Source of the DNA: the human T2T-CHM13v2.0 reference genome, Homo sapiens
Length of the DNA stretch: 64,000 nt
Strand: one strand, 5' to 3'
Assembly (NCBI RefSeq): GCF_009914755.1
Contig: NC_060926.1
How positions within the stretch are numbered: the stretch's first letter is position 1; the number at the start of each line of letters is the position of its first letter. Shown piece after piece: positions 1-13,940 of this stretch. A model generated the notes under the pieces. That model was not told where the DNA came from, did not search any database, and saw only the letters and a list, made by a program, of their open reading frames with translations. Position numbers and translations under genes: made by a program.

Positions 1-1719
1 TGTCTGCTGCACAGCTTTGAATATTGTATATGTACTTTGAACATATCTATGACTAGCAAAGCTGTCATTCTGTTGAAAAATGTAGCTGCACGAATGACAA
101 TACTGGTTTGATTTTTTTTTTAAAGAGGACATCTTCTAAATAATTATTATCATGCTAATAACATTTGTATTCTTTTGTGTATAATTAAGATCTGCCTGTC
201 TAAGCATGAAATAGGGTTGAAATCGTGAATGAGTATGCTATCCTTAACCTATTTAGTAAATCAGTTTTAATTTGGCTTTCTTTAGGTTAAATCATAACAA
301 TAGACTGCTGTATACAAAAACCCACACTTCTTGGCTGTAAACAATCTTGGAAATATTTAACACTCAGCAAAGCTTCCCACAAAATTAAAGGAGCCCCTCT
401 TATGAACGTTAAGTGTTGAATCAAAGATAATAATTCAATGATATAGAAGTCATTTATTTTATAAAGTTAAAATTATTTATTTCTCAGAATGATAAATACC
501 CAAGCAATTTTATATTCTGACCTCTTTGGCTTTGGCATTTTTTTCTTATGTAACAAAAAAATTAATCTAAGACAATATTCCACCTACTTCTGAGAGGACA
601 TGAGGCAGCAAACAGGATAAAAAACAGTGAAACATAAGCCATTTACGGATAAAACATAACAGGTTATGTAATTTAATGATCACAAACTGTTTTGGAATAC
701 ATCGTGCCTTTTTGTTCCCTTAAAATAAGATAATCTGTTTTGAGCAGGATCTTTTTTTGTTTGCTTTTCTGTTTGTTTGTTTGTTTTCTGGTATAATTTC
801 ATGGCTAATACCTAGGCAGGCAATCATGCTAAAAGAAATTATCTTTGTCATTTTGCAAGGGTTATTCTTTATTTTGAAGGTTCTTATGGCTTCTATAACC
901 TAGCATATTTACCCTTCCCTATCCCAACTGTAACCATTTGCATGCTGTCATTTATAAGGTTATTGGAAAACACCTCCATTTATCAATTATGAGAGAACAC
1001 AGACTGCTCGGGAACAGTTTGAGCAGCATCCTTGGCAAGTGAAATGTCTAAAGAGGTGGGGGGCTGAGAAAGAAAGAAAAGAAGAGAAAATGGCAACAGG
1101 AGGAAAGTGGGAGTGTAAAGAACTCATTGACGTTTCTGCTTTTGTTTTCCTGCTGAGCTCTACTTGCCCTCCTTCCCACAGCTTTCCAGGTGTTGTACAC
1201 ACAGGCCCCTGCCACTTGATTTTTCCATCCATATTTTTGGTGCTCATGCTGTTTTTCTGTGAATCTGCATTTGTTTCTCAGTCATCAGCAAATATGTTCT
1301 GGATGTCTGTGCATTGAAGGCCTAGCATTGTGCAGAGCCCCATGAGGAATACAGAGGGAGTGAGGATGGGACCTATTCTCACCTCCTATCATGGGCAGAA
1401 CAAGCCTTTACAAAAGTACCAATTCAAAATAAACAGAAAATATAATATGAGGTGAGTGCTAAGTAAATGAAATCACATTTACAAAATGGTTTGCACTATA
1501 GTGGTTTACAAGTCATCATTTCTTAATAAATGCTAGTCACTAATAATAATATGTTGATGATGATGATAATTTGATGCCAGTAAGGACTGAAGCAGTTGCC
1601 ACAGAGGAAGAGGTTAAAATGGAGCAAAGTTTTCTGCCACTTAGGAGACCCTCAGCATTTGAAGGGTCTTCCACAGTGGAAGATGCTTTGCTAGGTCCTC
1701 TCTGACCCAAGCCCCATTC

Positions 1720-1940
1720 TCTCATTTCTCTGACTCGTTTTCTTTATGGCAATTAATACCTTCTGATATACTACCTAATTTGCCATCGACTGTTTTTTTG
1801 TCTGTCGCCTTTCTCTGGAATGTAAGCTTCATGAGTGCAGGGATCTTTGTTTTGTTCGTTGAGAAACCCCAAAGTCTTTGAGAGTGTAATGGAACAGAGT
1901 CAGCACTTAATACCTATTTCTTGAATGCTGAATGAATGAC
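1720..1940 (+). mobile_element. L2 (LINE-2) 3' end fragment
   Basis: GAATGTAAGCTTCATGAGTGCAGGGATCTTTGTTTTGTTC... ending in TGAATGAATGA, typical L2 3' terminus; boundaries approximate. Confidence 0.7.
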
Positions 1941-2261
1941 TGAAAGCTTGTCTAATTTGCCTGCCTCCTCTCTGTTTTCTAATCTCATCATCTGAGTGTT
2001 CCCACCTCGTGCACACTTAGTGGCCATTGTGGGTCTGCTTTCTATAGAGAATCTGGTAGGCGGAGGATGGAAAAGAGAGAAAGATTTCCAGGAATGGCTG
2101 GATGACCTGTGATGCCTGTGCAGCCTGACCTAAGGTCAATTTCTAGGAACAGCTAGAAAATTCAATTATAGCCTCCTCATCTGTTTGCATATTGAACCCA
2201 GTTTTTCTGGGCAAGGTTTTCCTGAGAACTCCACTTCTCCGACAATTCCCTCAACCTTGCA

Positions 2262-2490
2262 TAGAGGTTAAGTAAAGAGGCTTTGGAATCAGGGCTTCAG
2301 TCCTTTCTCCTCTACCTTCATGCCAGATTAACCCTAAGCAAGTTCTTGGCCTCTCTAAGCTCCACTTTTCTGATTTATGGAACTGAGATAATAAAGATAC
2401 CTACCTCCTAGGTGGTTGTGAGGAATTAAATGAAATGCTGAATGAACTCTGCACAATGGTGAGCATTGATAGCCAATGAAATACTACTAC
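2262..2490 (+). mobile_element. MIR SINE
   Basis: AGAGGTTAAG...GGCTTTGGAATCAG...GCAAGTTCTTGGCCTCTCTAAGCTCCACTTTTCTGATTTATGGAACTGAGATAATA...GGTTGTGAGGAATTAAATGA matches the MIR core. Confidence 0.75.
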
Positions 2491-3049
2491 TAATAAGCAC
2501 TATAGGTTTATGATCATTATTGTTGCTATTTATTTTGGCAGGAATCCAGTATGTTGTGTAAAATGTTACCTAAAATTTTGTGAGCTGTGTTACACCTTAA
2601 GTTCTCTCTTTCTTTAGTATCTAATCACATCTTCTTTATTTTTTCCCCTATTTTCTCAGAGATTTAAATTATCAGTAGATTTATTTGAAAAAGAAAAACT
2701 TAAGGAACTGGTTTGGGAGAATATACTGAGATTCAAAACTAGAATATTACTTCAGAATTTAGAAAACATCTTTTTCCCTCCAAGTCATGATTACTAATAG
2801 GAAGAGGGGTAAAATTATGTGATTTGGATGAAGAACAATTAAGAGAAGAAAGTAAAGGAAGAATAGTTTGAAACCATTCACCATCTTGATTTTATTTTTA
2901 ATTTCCATACATTTGACTAAACCTAAGTTAGTATTTTTGAATGTTACCTGATTTTTTTCTCTTACATCTGTATTTTCTTGCAAGCAATTATTATTTGTCG
3001 AATAATGAATTAATTAGAAGGGATGATATCTGTATCTATATCTATATAT

Positions 3050-3680
3050 CTATATCTAGTTAGAGAATGAATATCTGCAAACTGGGAATTACTTTTCACA
3101 AAGAAATCTAAACATAAAAAGATAATTAATTTGAAAAAGAAAAATGATATAGTAATGTTGCACTAAGCACATTACAAAATTTCAATAATAAAGATGCTGT
3201 TACTATTGTAAGATGAAATAGGCGTAGTATAATAGAATTTAAATATAGAAATTAAATAGTATAAATAATTTATACAATTAAAAGTAGCATTTTGATTTAA
3301 TGGAGAAAAGATAAATAATTTGAAGAAATGTATTAAAAATTTAGCTATTTGGGGGGAAAAAGAATGTAGAATTCTGCCTCACACAATATTTAAACATACA
3401 TTTAGGGTCAATTAAAAAGTTAAATGTAAACGATAAATTTATAAGAAAAATCTAGATGGAAGATACGTTACTAACAGATCTAAATGTAGGGAAAGCCATT
3501 TTAGCATAAAAGTAAATAAAGGAGATATAGAGAAGATTAAGTTTGATGATGTAAAAATTAAATATTTATTCATGCAAAAAATTAAAAGGCAAAAAAAAAA
3601 CCCAGGTAAATATTTGAAATATTTATAAAACATAAAGTGTTAGTCTTAATATAAAAAGGGATTCTTAAAAATCAGTAAGA
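3050..3680 (+). mobile_element. Ancient L1 (L1ME-like) ORF2 3' fragment, heavily decayed
   Basis: A-rich, with L1-like motifs (CTGCCTCACACAATATT, AAAAAGTTAAATGTAAA, TGTAGGGAAAGCCATTTTAGCATA, GTAAAAATTAAATATTT). Confidence 0.55.
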
Positions 3681-4085
3681 GACAGATTCTGCTAGGAACA
3701 TGTGTCCAGAAACTCAACATTTTTCCTTTGTCTTCTCAGAAACCTTAAAAAGCAACATGGAGAAAGGAAAGAAAAAAACCTACACAATATTTTTGGTTGA
3801 ACTAGAATACAGACTGTCAAATGTTTGCAGGGACTGCCAGTTGAAACCATTGGGAGTAAGTGGAGGAGAACTGGGTTCTGTAACACAAGGCTCTATAACT
3901 CTTCTATACAAATATGCTTCCTGTAGTTCGGGACACACTCTGAGGGACAATACCTGGATTCCTTGTCTGCAAAGAGGGTTCAAAAATGGGATGAATGGGG
4001 AAGTGACAGTGCTCCTATCCCCAGAGGGAGGATCGGGCTTAGAGCAGGTTCAGAGGCAGGGAGTGTCATGAAACATTATGCACAT

Positions 4086-4389
<304 letters not shown>

Positions 4390-5591
4390 TGCATACAAGC
4401 CACAATGGCAGGATGTAGGCTGGCTTTATCTGAGAAAAGATGCCTATGAACATGAACTAACCCAGAACACACCTGACTCCTCCACACTTATGAGAACTTC
4501 TTACAAACAGCTCTTCCAGAAGACCCCAACTCAGACAATACTACAAACACTAATACTAAAATACAACACTTACACAGCGTGTATACATAGATAACATTTT
4601 AAAAAGAGGAAAAGAGCCTCATTCTTAATTAACAAAAAACATTCACCAGAATGAGGTTGCTGGGACAGATGTAAATTGTGAGTAATTGTGATGCCTTTAA
4701 TTAAAATAAAAAAAAATCTCTTTACAAAAAAAACCACAGTGCAGAAATGCAAATATATAGGAAAGACATGATAACGTGGCAAAAAGAATGAAAAGTAAGC
4801 TGAACAAACTCATGAAAGAAGTAGAAAAAAAATAATGAACTACAGAAATGGAGGTGAAACAGGAAGCAGCACAAGTCCAAGAGACACTGCAGAGATCATG
4901 GTCAGGAACACGGAGGGTCGCAATCATGAGAGTGAAATGAAACAGATGTAAAGAAAGATATAAAGGATCAGAACAAAGATGGTAGAAATAGAAGTAACGA
5001 GGAGACATACTATATATGTATTTAGATTCCTTATGGAAGAAAATACAGTATTAATGAAATAAAACAATTATTTAGAGATACAATTTGAGAACATTTTCCC
5101 GAAAGGAAAGAATTAGTCTATCTATTGAAGGGGCACTAGTGCCAGGAAAATTGACCCATTTCAGTCAATACCAATATTAGGGCTTAAGAAGCCACACATA
5201 CACACAAAAAAGGAGTCATTTTTTTAAGGGATTAAAAATCAGGTTGGCTTCAAATTTCTCCACAGCAATCTTCAATCCCCAAAGATAATAAAATTAAAGT
5301 TACCAGATACTTAAGGAAAAGAAAATATGAGTGAAGGATTTCATATCTAGTAATGCTGTCTTTATACTATAAATACTATAAACCAACTGTTTTGAATGCA
5401 TGAGTCAAAGTGTATTCTTCCAGTGAGCTCTTCTAGAAAAAATTACTAGAAAATTGACATTAATAAAACAAGAGATAACTTGGGAAAACATAGCAAAAGG
5501 ACTGGCAGTGAACATTCCATATATTTAATAGAACTAAGACTAAAACTAATGTGGAATGTAGCATAACAGACATAATGTAAATGTTATATGC

Positions 5592-5750
5592 TAGCGATTC
5601 TCAAATTTTAAGATACATACAAATCACTCGGGGAGCTTCTTAAAATGCAGATCCTGAAAAATTAGGTTGGGATGAGTCCCGAGATTTTGTATTTCTTACA
5701 AGTTCTTAGCTAATGTTGATGCTGTGGGTCTCTGGACCTACTGTGTGTAG
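5592..5750. mobile_element. MER5-family hAT-Charlie DNA transposon
   Basis: GCGATTCTCAAATTTT...AATCACTCGGGGAGCTTCTTAAAATGCAGATCCTG...GATGCTGTGGGTCTCTGGACC. Confidence 0.7.
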
Positions 5751-6323
5751 TAAGTAAGGTACGGTAAACACAATACAACCAATAGAATTAGGAGGGAAAA
5801 GCGTATGGAAATTAAAAGAAGTATGATTATTCATTCATTGATATCTGTGAATTAATGAGTATTGTCTACTGCTGATAAATCAACTTGTTGAAGTATAAAC
5901 ATTTAGTAGTACAAAGGTAAATATTAAGAAATATAATATTATTGACCAAAATCAAGCAGAGGACGAAAGCGAGAGGATTCCAAGGAAAAGAGACGTGATA
6001 CTTTTTTCTCATTGCTCACAGTAGGAAACTATTAGATACAGCCCTCCAAATTAGAGGATTAAATATATAATATAAAGATATAACTACAAAGGTAATCATT
6101 AAAACAAAGTACAAACCCCGTTTTTAAATATTAGAACTATAAACATGTAAAAGAAAACAGAGCACAATAGTGAAAGATGTAAACAGTAACTAAAAAGAAA
6201 CAAAATAATGACAGAACAAAGACCAAATATATTAATCATAGCAATAATGCAAATTGTTTAAAACCCATTATTAAAAGACTAATGATTTTAATTAGAATCA
6301 CATAACAAACCCACCCTTTATAT

Positions 6324-6563
6324 CAGGGTTTCTCAACCTCAAAACTATAGACATTTAGGGCTAGATTATTCTTTGAGTGGGTGGATGGGTGGGGGCTGTC
6401 TTACTCATTGTAGGATGTTTAGCAACAACCCTAGATTATTCCCCAGGTTCCAGTAGCACACCCCTCCCTCAGTTGTGACAATCAAAATGTTCCCAGACAT
6501 TGCCAAATACCACCCCCGAGGGGAAGGAGAAGGGACAAAATCATCTCCAACTGAGAATCACTG
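6324..6563. mobile_element. MER20 hAT-Charlie DNA transposon
   Basis: TIRs CAGGGTTTCTCAAC / CTGAGAATCACTG; internal TGTAGGATGTTTAGCA and AGTTGTGACAATCAAAATGTTCCCAGACATTGCCAAAT. Confidence 0.9.
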
Positions 6564-7924
6564 TTGTAATTAAGACATGCATATATCAAAATGATTTAGA
6601 AAAGTTAAAAAGATAGGCAAAGACATGCCATGCAAATGTAGATAAGAAAGATAGATGGTAACATAGTATGAATATGAAACAATAAGGAATTCAGGCCAAA
6701 GGCATTAAGTAAATAACAACAAGAAAAGCCCTTGGTAATGTTAAAAGATAAAATTTGCAATAAAGATATAATTGTTGTAATTTTCCATGCACTAATACTA
6801 TAGCATCAACATATGAAAAATATAGGACATGTAAATAAAAATAGAAATGTAATAATAATTTACCTCTTATTGTTGATGATTAGACAAAGTGAAAAAAAGT
6901 AAATACACAGAAAACTGAAAAAATAATGTAGATTTTTTTTTGTATTATGTTAGTTCTATTCTATAAAAATAGAGGGAAAACATTATTTTCCAGTAACCAT
7001 GAACCCTTAGCCTGATCGTGTCCTAAGGAACCAAGGAAACCACAATTATCTCCAGATGTATAAATAGCAAAGCAAACTTTTTTATGACAAAGCAACAAAA
7101 CCAAAATTGTGAACAAAATTAGAAAATAAAATTCTCTACTTTCTAGAGGAAAGTGAATCAAATCTAGGTTTAAAGATGAAATATAAACCAAAATTTCAGA
7201 ATATGTGAAAAAAAAGCTGTCTGCAGGACAGTACTATTACAGCTGATAGGATGCAGCTAAAACAATATTCAAAGAAAATGCATAGCCTTAAATTTTTATA
7301 TAAATACATAGTAAAGACCACAAAAATTAATATAAGAAGAGGCAACAAAATAAATATAAAAAATAAAAAGAAACAAGAAAAATGCATGAGTTAGAAAAAC
7401 AGAGACAAAGAACAAAAATGATATAACTAAGGTGTTAGCTAAATTCTTTAAGATAAAAAAGGCCAACTACAGTACACAAGAAAGAAGAGACTACTTTATT
7501 CAATATTTTGCAAATAAATTTCTTAAATGTAAGTGAAATAATTTGTTTAAGTTGACTCTAAAGGAAACACAAAGTGTAAACAAGTATTTTTCCATAGAAG
7601 AAATAGAGAATACATCGTTATCTATACTTTCCTCCTCCCCTCCAAAATAAAACAACCAAGTTGTAGCTTTTTCAAACAAAATGATACTTTGAAATGGATA
7701 ATGTTTAAATAAACTAAGTTCTATGGTTTTATAGGCGAACTACCAACAAATCTTTAAAAAGTAGATGTTAATGCTGTTTAAACTATTTCAGCTCATAGAT
7801 AAGAGGGAAAAATGCCAAAATATTTTTAAGAAGTGAGCTTATGCTTTTAAAACATCTGCTTTTCAAACGGCTTTTCAAACAGCAACAACATAGTCTGAAT
7901 TCATATAAAAAGAAAATATTAGAC

Positions 7925-8114
7925 CAGTGTTTCCATACCTGGCTTTACATTAGATTCCCCAGAGACCCAGGCTGCGCCTTCATAGATTCAGATGTAATTA
8001 GTTAGTGCATGGTGTGGTTGGGTCAGTATTCATTTATTATTACTTTTATTTTATTTTGTTTGTTTTTAAAGCTCCCTATTGATTGTAATAAGCAGTTGGA
8101 TTGGATAATCACTG
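7925..8114. mobile_element. MER5-family (MER5A1/B-like) DNA transposon
   Basis: Ends CAGTGTTTCC... / ...GATAATCACTG; degenerate 8-bp TSD TATTAGAC / TTTTAGAT. Confidence 0.6.
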
Positions 8115-10249
8115 TTTTAGATCAATGTCTCTCTAGAATATCAGTATAAAAATTCTAAATAAATATTGATATTTGGAATGCAGAAACGTATTAAAATAAT
8201 ACATCATATGACCAGGATCTTTCAACTTTTAAGATGTCTAATAATATAATATTAATGGAAGAAAAATTATATAACCATTTTCATAGATACTTAAAAGATA
8301 TGTTGTGGAATTTAATATTCATTCCAAATTAAAAAAAACAAAACCCACAAAATGATATATCCATATCAAACCAAAGCCCAACATCATGTTTCCTGGGAAA
8401 ACATTAGAAGCATTTCTATTTATGTTAGAAACAAGAAAAGTGTGTCCACCATCAACGTCTATTATTACAAGGTGAACTAGCCAATGCAAATAGACAAGAA
8501 AGAAATAAAAAGAATAAAAATTAGAAATGAGAAGGTAAAAGTATTGTCTTGTAGGTGATATAATTAAATACTTTGAAAACCAAGAAAATCAACTAAATTT
8601 ACTGCCACAATAAAATCTCTCAGGTGTTAGGGTGCTAAATTAATACACAGATGTCAATAATTTTCCCATTTACAAACAAGTTAGAAGACATAATGGGAGA
8701 AAATACCTGCTTTGCAATAACAACAATAAGTAACATTTAGAGGTATGAGCTTAACAAGAAATGTGAGGCTTCTAGGAAGAAAATTTTAAAATATTTTCAA
8801 AGTCCACAAAAGATTGTATGAACAAATGGAAAGGCATAGCATGTTCTTGGATAGAAAGACTCAGCATCATTAAGATGCTAATCCTTCCTGAGTTTACTTA
8901 TAAATTTAACATGATCCCGATAAAAATACCAAGTCTTTTCTTCCCCAAAACTAGACAAGTTGATTGTATAATTCATATGAAAATCAACAAGAATAGCCAA
9001 GAAATTTCTGAAAAAGAAGACCAATGAGGAGGAATTAGACAGACATAGAAAAATGTGTATGGTATGATATGATTTGTGTAGGAGAAGAAGAAAAACTTTA
9101 TAAATATACATTAAAAATATATATGATATACACATATACTCTACTGTGTAGTGTGTATGTGCATGTGCATTTGGCTTGCATATGCATAGTGTTGTCCTCT
9201 GGCAATAGACATGAGAAACAAAGAAGAATCGTAACTTATTCGGGATATGGGCACGAATCTAATTCTGGATAGAGGTAGGAAGCTGAGCCTTGATTGCATG
9301 ATTTTTATACATTCTGAGGTTTGAATCATGTGATTATATTAATATATTCCAAAATAGATAAGCAAAACACAAACCCATTTGTAGAAAAGTGAGCACAGGA
9401 CAGCAAGTTGAAACAAAGAAATTTTGAACATTATGAATCAAGGAATATAAATTACAGCAATAATAATGATACTTTATTGATGTATACAATATGTTAGCTA
9501 CTGTCACAAGCACTTTATAGGATTTAACTTAATCCTCAAGCAATAACCCTGTGACTTAGGTATGTGTCACATATACATAACCCTGTGACATATGTATAGA
9601 TATGATTTTAGGGGATTTTTAGTTCTCTGTTTCTTTTGATTCCCAAATGTCCTGAAATCACTATTTTTCTTTTTGTTTTCAGAGGAGAAGCAGTGAGTAT
9701 TTAAAAAGAGAGCTGGTGTTCTTGACCATCCTGTCACTCAGTTGTACTCCATTATTTGCCTGAGTACTTCTGGGCTTTCCTAGATTCCTTCACTATGTGG
9801 TTTAAAGAGGTTTAATGGCTTTTTATTGGTTAATTGTGTAGGTTGTCAAATTAATACAGAAGCATTGTTAAAAAATTGTTTGCATGTGACCAATTTTATG
9901 ATTTAAAACCAGCACTACAGTCATGAATTGATTAACAAATATCTTTGGAATCATCCACTATGTGCAAGATACTCTGCTAGGTACAGAGGGTGATAGGCTT
10001 CAGGAGGATGACTAAAAATATAGATCTGGATGCCACTAAGGTCAGGTTCACTGTTGGTTTTCTAAACTCATGACATGTGCATTTAAAGAAACCCACTCAA
10101 CTTAATAACAGCAATAGTTGTGATGATAAAAATGAGGGTTGCTTAGCTGGGAGAGAGACTATTGCAAAATACAAATAAATGATGATATATCAGAGGCAGA
10201 AAATCATAAAGCACATGAGAACTACTTAACACTGTTCAACGACTTACTG

Positions 10250-10430
10250 GCTGGGTGACTTGGGGAAAATTAACTAATTAAACTAATCAGTCTATACTTT
10301 AGTGGCCTCATCAATAAAGTAAGTAATCATGGCACCTAACTCATTGGGTTATGGTACAGATTAACAAATATAAAACTCTCGGGACACTGCCGAGCACATG
10401 GTAAGTGCTCAATAAATGAAAGCTATTGTC
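10250..10430 (+). mobile_element. MIR SINE
   Basis: CTGGGTGACTTGGGGAAAATTAACT...GGCACCTAACTCATTGGGTTAT...GCACATGGTAAGTGCTCAATAAATG. Confidence 0.7.
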
Positions 10431-11130
10431 GTTGTTATTATAGTAAAATCCCAGCTCTCTCAAACAATTTTTGGAACTCAAGTGACTCTAGAGATACTCA
10501 ATATAAGCAGAGAGGTGATTTAGAAGATCAACTTTTTCCCACAATAATTAACAAATGTGATGGGAATAAACATAGCAAAAGAGAAGGAGGGAAAGGAAGA
10601 ACAGAATAACGGCATGAAAAGGTAGTGGCCATCAGCAGCAGTGGTGGTGATTAAAATCAACAATGAAATTAGTGATAACACAGAAGTGAGACTGAGATGA
10701 AGATACCAAAAATGAGAGCTACACTATACTATCGGGGTAAGCAGGATCCACCCCACAGGAAACAGTCGGAGAAAGCACCGGGCATCTCTAGTGTGCATGT
10801 TTGTGGAAGGACTGGTAAAGAACTCTTTGCGCCTTTCTATTATGACCTTTCAAGGCTCTAGGTGTCATTATATGATGCCAAGCAGTAATACTTCTATCTG
10901 ATAATTTGTATAAAAATTATCACATCTAATTCTATCTCATTAGCCATTATATATTATGGATTTTGATTTTCCTCTAGTAAAAGGCAAAAGACAAAAAGAT
11001 TATAACAGTTTGTGCAACATGTAAAAGATAAAATGAATATCTTCACATGACTTGGAAGGATTAGTCCAGGAATATTTTATGGGACTTACTTGACTGCATT
11101 TGCTGCATTCCAGTTTTAAAACAGAGAGGT

Positions 11131-11411
<281 letters not shown>

Positions 11412-11540
11412 GAGAGAGAGGGAGAGACAGGGAGGTACTTGGTCAAAAGTCAAGCTGACATCTGGAACCATTTCAAGGAAGTGAGTTTAGGCCCACTTCT
11501 GAGATAGTAACCATTCAAAATCTCTTCCTGTATATATATG

Positions 11541-11797
11541 CAGTTGTCCCTTGATATCCATGGGAGATTGGTTCCAGGACCCCTAGAGGACACCAAAATA
11601 TGAGGATGCTCAAGTCCCTGATATGAAATGGCGTAGTATTGGCATACAACCTACACACATCCTCCTGTATACTTTAAATCACCTGTAGATTACTTATAAT
11701 TTCTAGTACAGTGCCTACACATCACTTTATACATGTGGATTCAACATAGTACTTGGCTTGGGCAAATTTTAGTTTTGCTTTTGGAACTCTGTAGAAT
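11541..11797 (+). mobile_element. MER2/MER2B (TcMar-Tigger) DNA transposon, 3' truncated
   Basis: CAGTTGTCCCTTGATATCCATGGGAGATTGGTTCCAGGACCCC...GGATGCTCAAGTCCCTGATATGAAATGGCGTAGTATT. Confidence 0.88.
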
Positions 11798-12219
11798 GTC
11801 ATGGAGAAACACAGGCCTGGCTTGTGGTACAAGAACAGTGAGTGGTCAGTGTTACTACTTGTTCCGTACAAATCCTACTAGGCAAATTGTATTATCGCTC
11901 TTATAAAGATTAATAAATTTAGTATTACTAGGTTTAGGTAAATCACTAAAATCACACAGTAACTTTGGATTGGACTGCAGACGTATTTGACAACAAATCT
12001 CTTGTCTTTCACATGTTGGAACCCAGAAACTTTTAATGCAAGAATTTGGTAAAATCCACTTTGATTATCAGAGTTCTATATGTTTTTATGTAACATTGCT
12101 TTTTACTGTGTTCCAGCTTTTTGAGCTTTCCCAAAATGTAAGATATTACTGTCTTTATAAACTGATATAGATGTTTGCTACATATAGAGATATTTCATGA
12201 ACACACACAGCAGACAGAA

Positions 12220-12760
12220 AACTCTCCTATCTCATGCTTCCTTCAGCTCCCTCTACGTATCTACCGCCTTCAGAACAAAAATTCTTAAATCAGTTTTCTC
12301 TACCCTGCTCCTTAACTACCACTCCTGCCTCAATCTGCTAAAATGTCACCACTTCCCCAAAATTGTTCTTGTCATGGCCACAAATTCTCTTTATTTTTTG
12401 TAAGTTGAAAGGCCACTGTAATTATAATATTACTTGACATCTCTCAATAATTTGATTGTGTTAGCCACTTCTTTCTTAAAATCTCTTTCCTTAAAATCAG
12501 TGACAACTTAGTTGCTGCTTTTCCTTTTACCTCCTTTTACCCCAGTTGTTCTCAGTCTCTTTTGCAGGAACCTCCATTCTAGGTCCCCTTCTCTTCTTCC
12601 CTGCCTGATCCTGCCCACTCCTGTGACTTTGCTGCTGTATGTAGTTCTAATCCATACCCCTTGCCTGGTCTCCAGGCCAATCTTTCCAACTGCTTAGTCA
12701 CTGTATCTTCCCAGCCTTCAGTTTCACATTTCCAAAATTGATTCCAATGTTTTTCCTACC
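12220..12760 (+). mobile_element. L2 internal fragment
   Basis: Pyrimidine-rich L2-like motifs (AATTGTTCTTGTCATGGCCACAAAT, TTACTTGACATCTCTCAATAATTTGA, CACATTTCCAAAATTGA). Confidence 0.5.
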
Positions 12761-12986
12761 GTCCTATCCTCCTACCCTCCTACTCTAAGCCTGACACAAC
12801 TCATAATCTACTTATTGTGAGGGTGGAGGAATATGAAGCACAGCATTCAGGACATATTTATTGAATGAATTCAGGAAACACGGAAAGTAGAGCATTCACT
12901 TGTTTTTCCTTTATAGCTTAGTGACCTATAATAGGAAGTGCTTAAGAAATGATTTCTTAGAATGTTCCAGTTGCTTGTAAAATAGC

Positions 12987-13310
12987 TTTTTCTTTTCTTT
13001 TTCTTTTTCTTTTTTTTTTTTTTTTTTGAGACAGAGTTTTGCTCTGTTGCCCAGGCTGGAGTCGTGCAGTGGCACGATCTCAGCTCACTGCAACCTCCAC
13101 TCCTGGGTTCAAGCCATTCTCCTGCCTCAGCCTCTGGAGTAGCTGGGACTACAGGCATCCACCACCACTCCTGGCTAATTTTTGTATTTTTAGTAGAGAC
13201 AGGATTTTACTGTGTTGGCCAGGCTGGTCTCGAATTTCTGACCTGTGTTGATGCTCCTGCCTCAGCCTCCCAAAGTGCTGGGATTACAGGCATGAGCCAC
13301 CACACCCGGC
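12987..13310 (-). mobile_element. Full-length AluS
   Basis: Poly(T/TTTTC) tail, GAGACAGAGTTTTGCTCTG... to ...CACACCCGGC; TSD TAAAATAGC at 12978-12986 and 13311-13319. Confidence 0.95.
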
Positions 13311-13618
13311 TAAAATAGCAAATTATCATTCCTCCTGTGACCTGCACAAAGCATGCTAGGATAACTCTTGCATAAAAGCCAACATTTTGACCTTGGTCCA
13401 TAACGCTAGTGCCCTTGGTAGCACTCCAGAGTGGATGACCCCTGCAGAGCTCTGAAGTCTCTCTATATGACCCCTACAACTTGTCACTAGACCTGAAATT
13501 CTGCACTTCTGAAATGACCCCTATATGAAGTGGCCCACCAAACCAGAATATTTTTAACAAGAATTAAGCACAAGCATAATCATACAGTTTGGTATTTGAA
13601 TGAGTTGATAAACTAATA

Positions 13619-13656
13619 GTAGGTTGGTGTAAAGATAATTGTGGTTTTTGCCATTA
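13619..13656. mobile_element. MADE1 (Hsmar1-derived MITE), single TIR half
   Basis: TAGGTTGGTGTAAAGATAATTGTGGTTTTTGCCATTA resembles the Hsmar1 TIR TTAGGTTGGTGCAAAAGTAATTGCGGTTTTTGCCATTA. Confidence 0.75.
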
Positions 13657-13749
13657 TAGAAAAACTAAAAAATAGAGACCCTTAAAGAGACTGAGGAGAT
13701 GTCTTTATAAGCAAGTATTACGTCAAAACTTACTATAGACAAAATACAC

Positions 13750-13940
13750 TATATTTCTTGAGCATTTACTACATGCCAGAAAATAGTCTATGAAGTTGGT
13801 ATGTGTTGATTCATTTAATGTTCCCAACAACTTTATAAGATGATTATTCTCATTTTCTAGATTAGAAACCCAATCACAGGGAGATAAAATAATGTGCCCA
13901 AGGTCACACATCTGTGAATGATGAAGCATAACCACCACAT
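13750..13940 (-). mobile_element. MIR SINE
   Basis: TTGAGCATTTACTACATGCCAG...ATTCTCATTTTCTAGATTAGAAACC...GTGCCCAAGGTCACACA. Confidence 0.75.

Larger units (their letters stand above)
4600..9050 (+). mobile_element. Ancient L1 (L1M/L1ME) spanning ORF1 to ORF2 remnants, interrupted by three DNA transposons
   Basis: ORF1-like AAAAATCAGGTTGGCTTCAAATTTCTCCACAGCAA near 5235; ORF 8818-9027 NKWKGIACSWIERLSIIKMLILPEFTYKFNMIPIKIP matches the L1 ORF2p segment [35 protein letters not shown]. Confidence 0.75.

Noticed and set aside
3700-4071. 123-aa ORF in non-Alu sequence
   Set aside because: Opens at a GTG rather than ATG, no recognisable domain or splice context; ORFs of this length arise by chance in 64 kb
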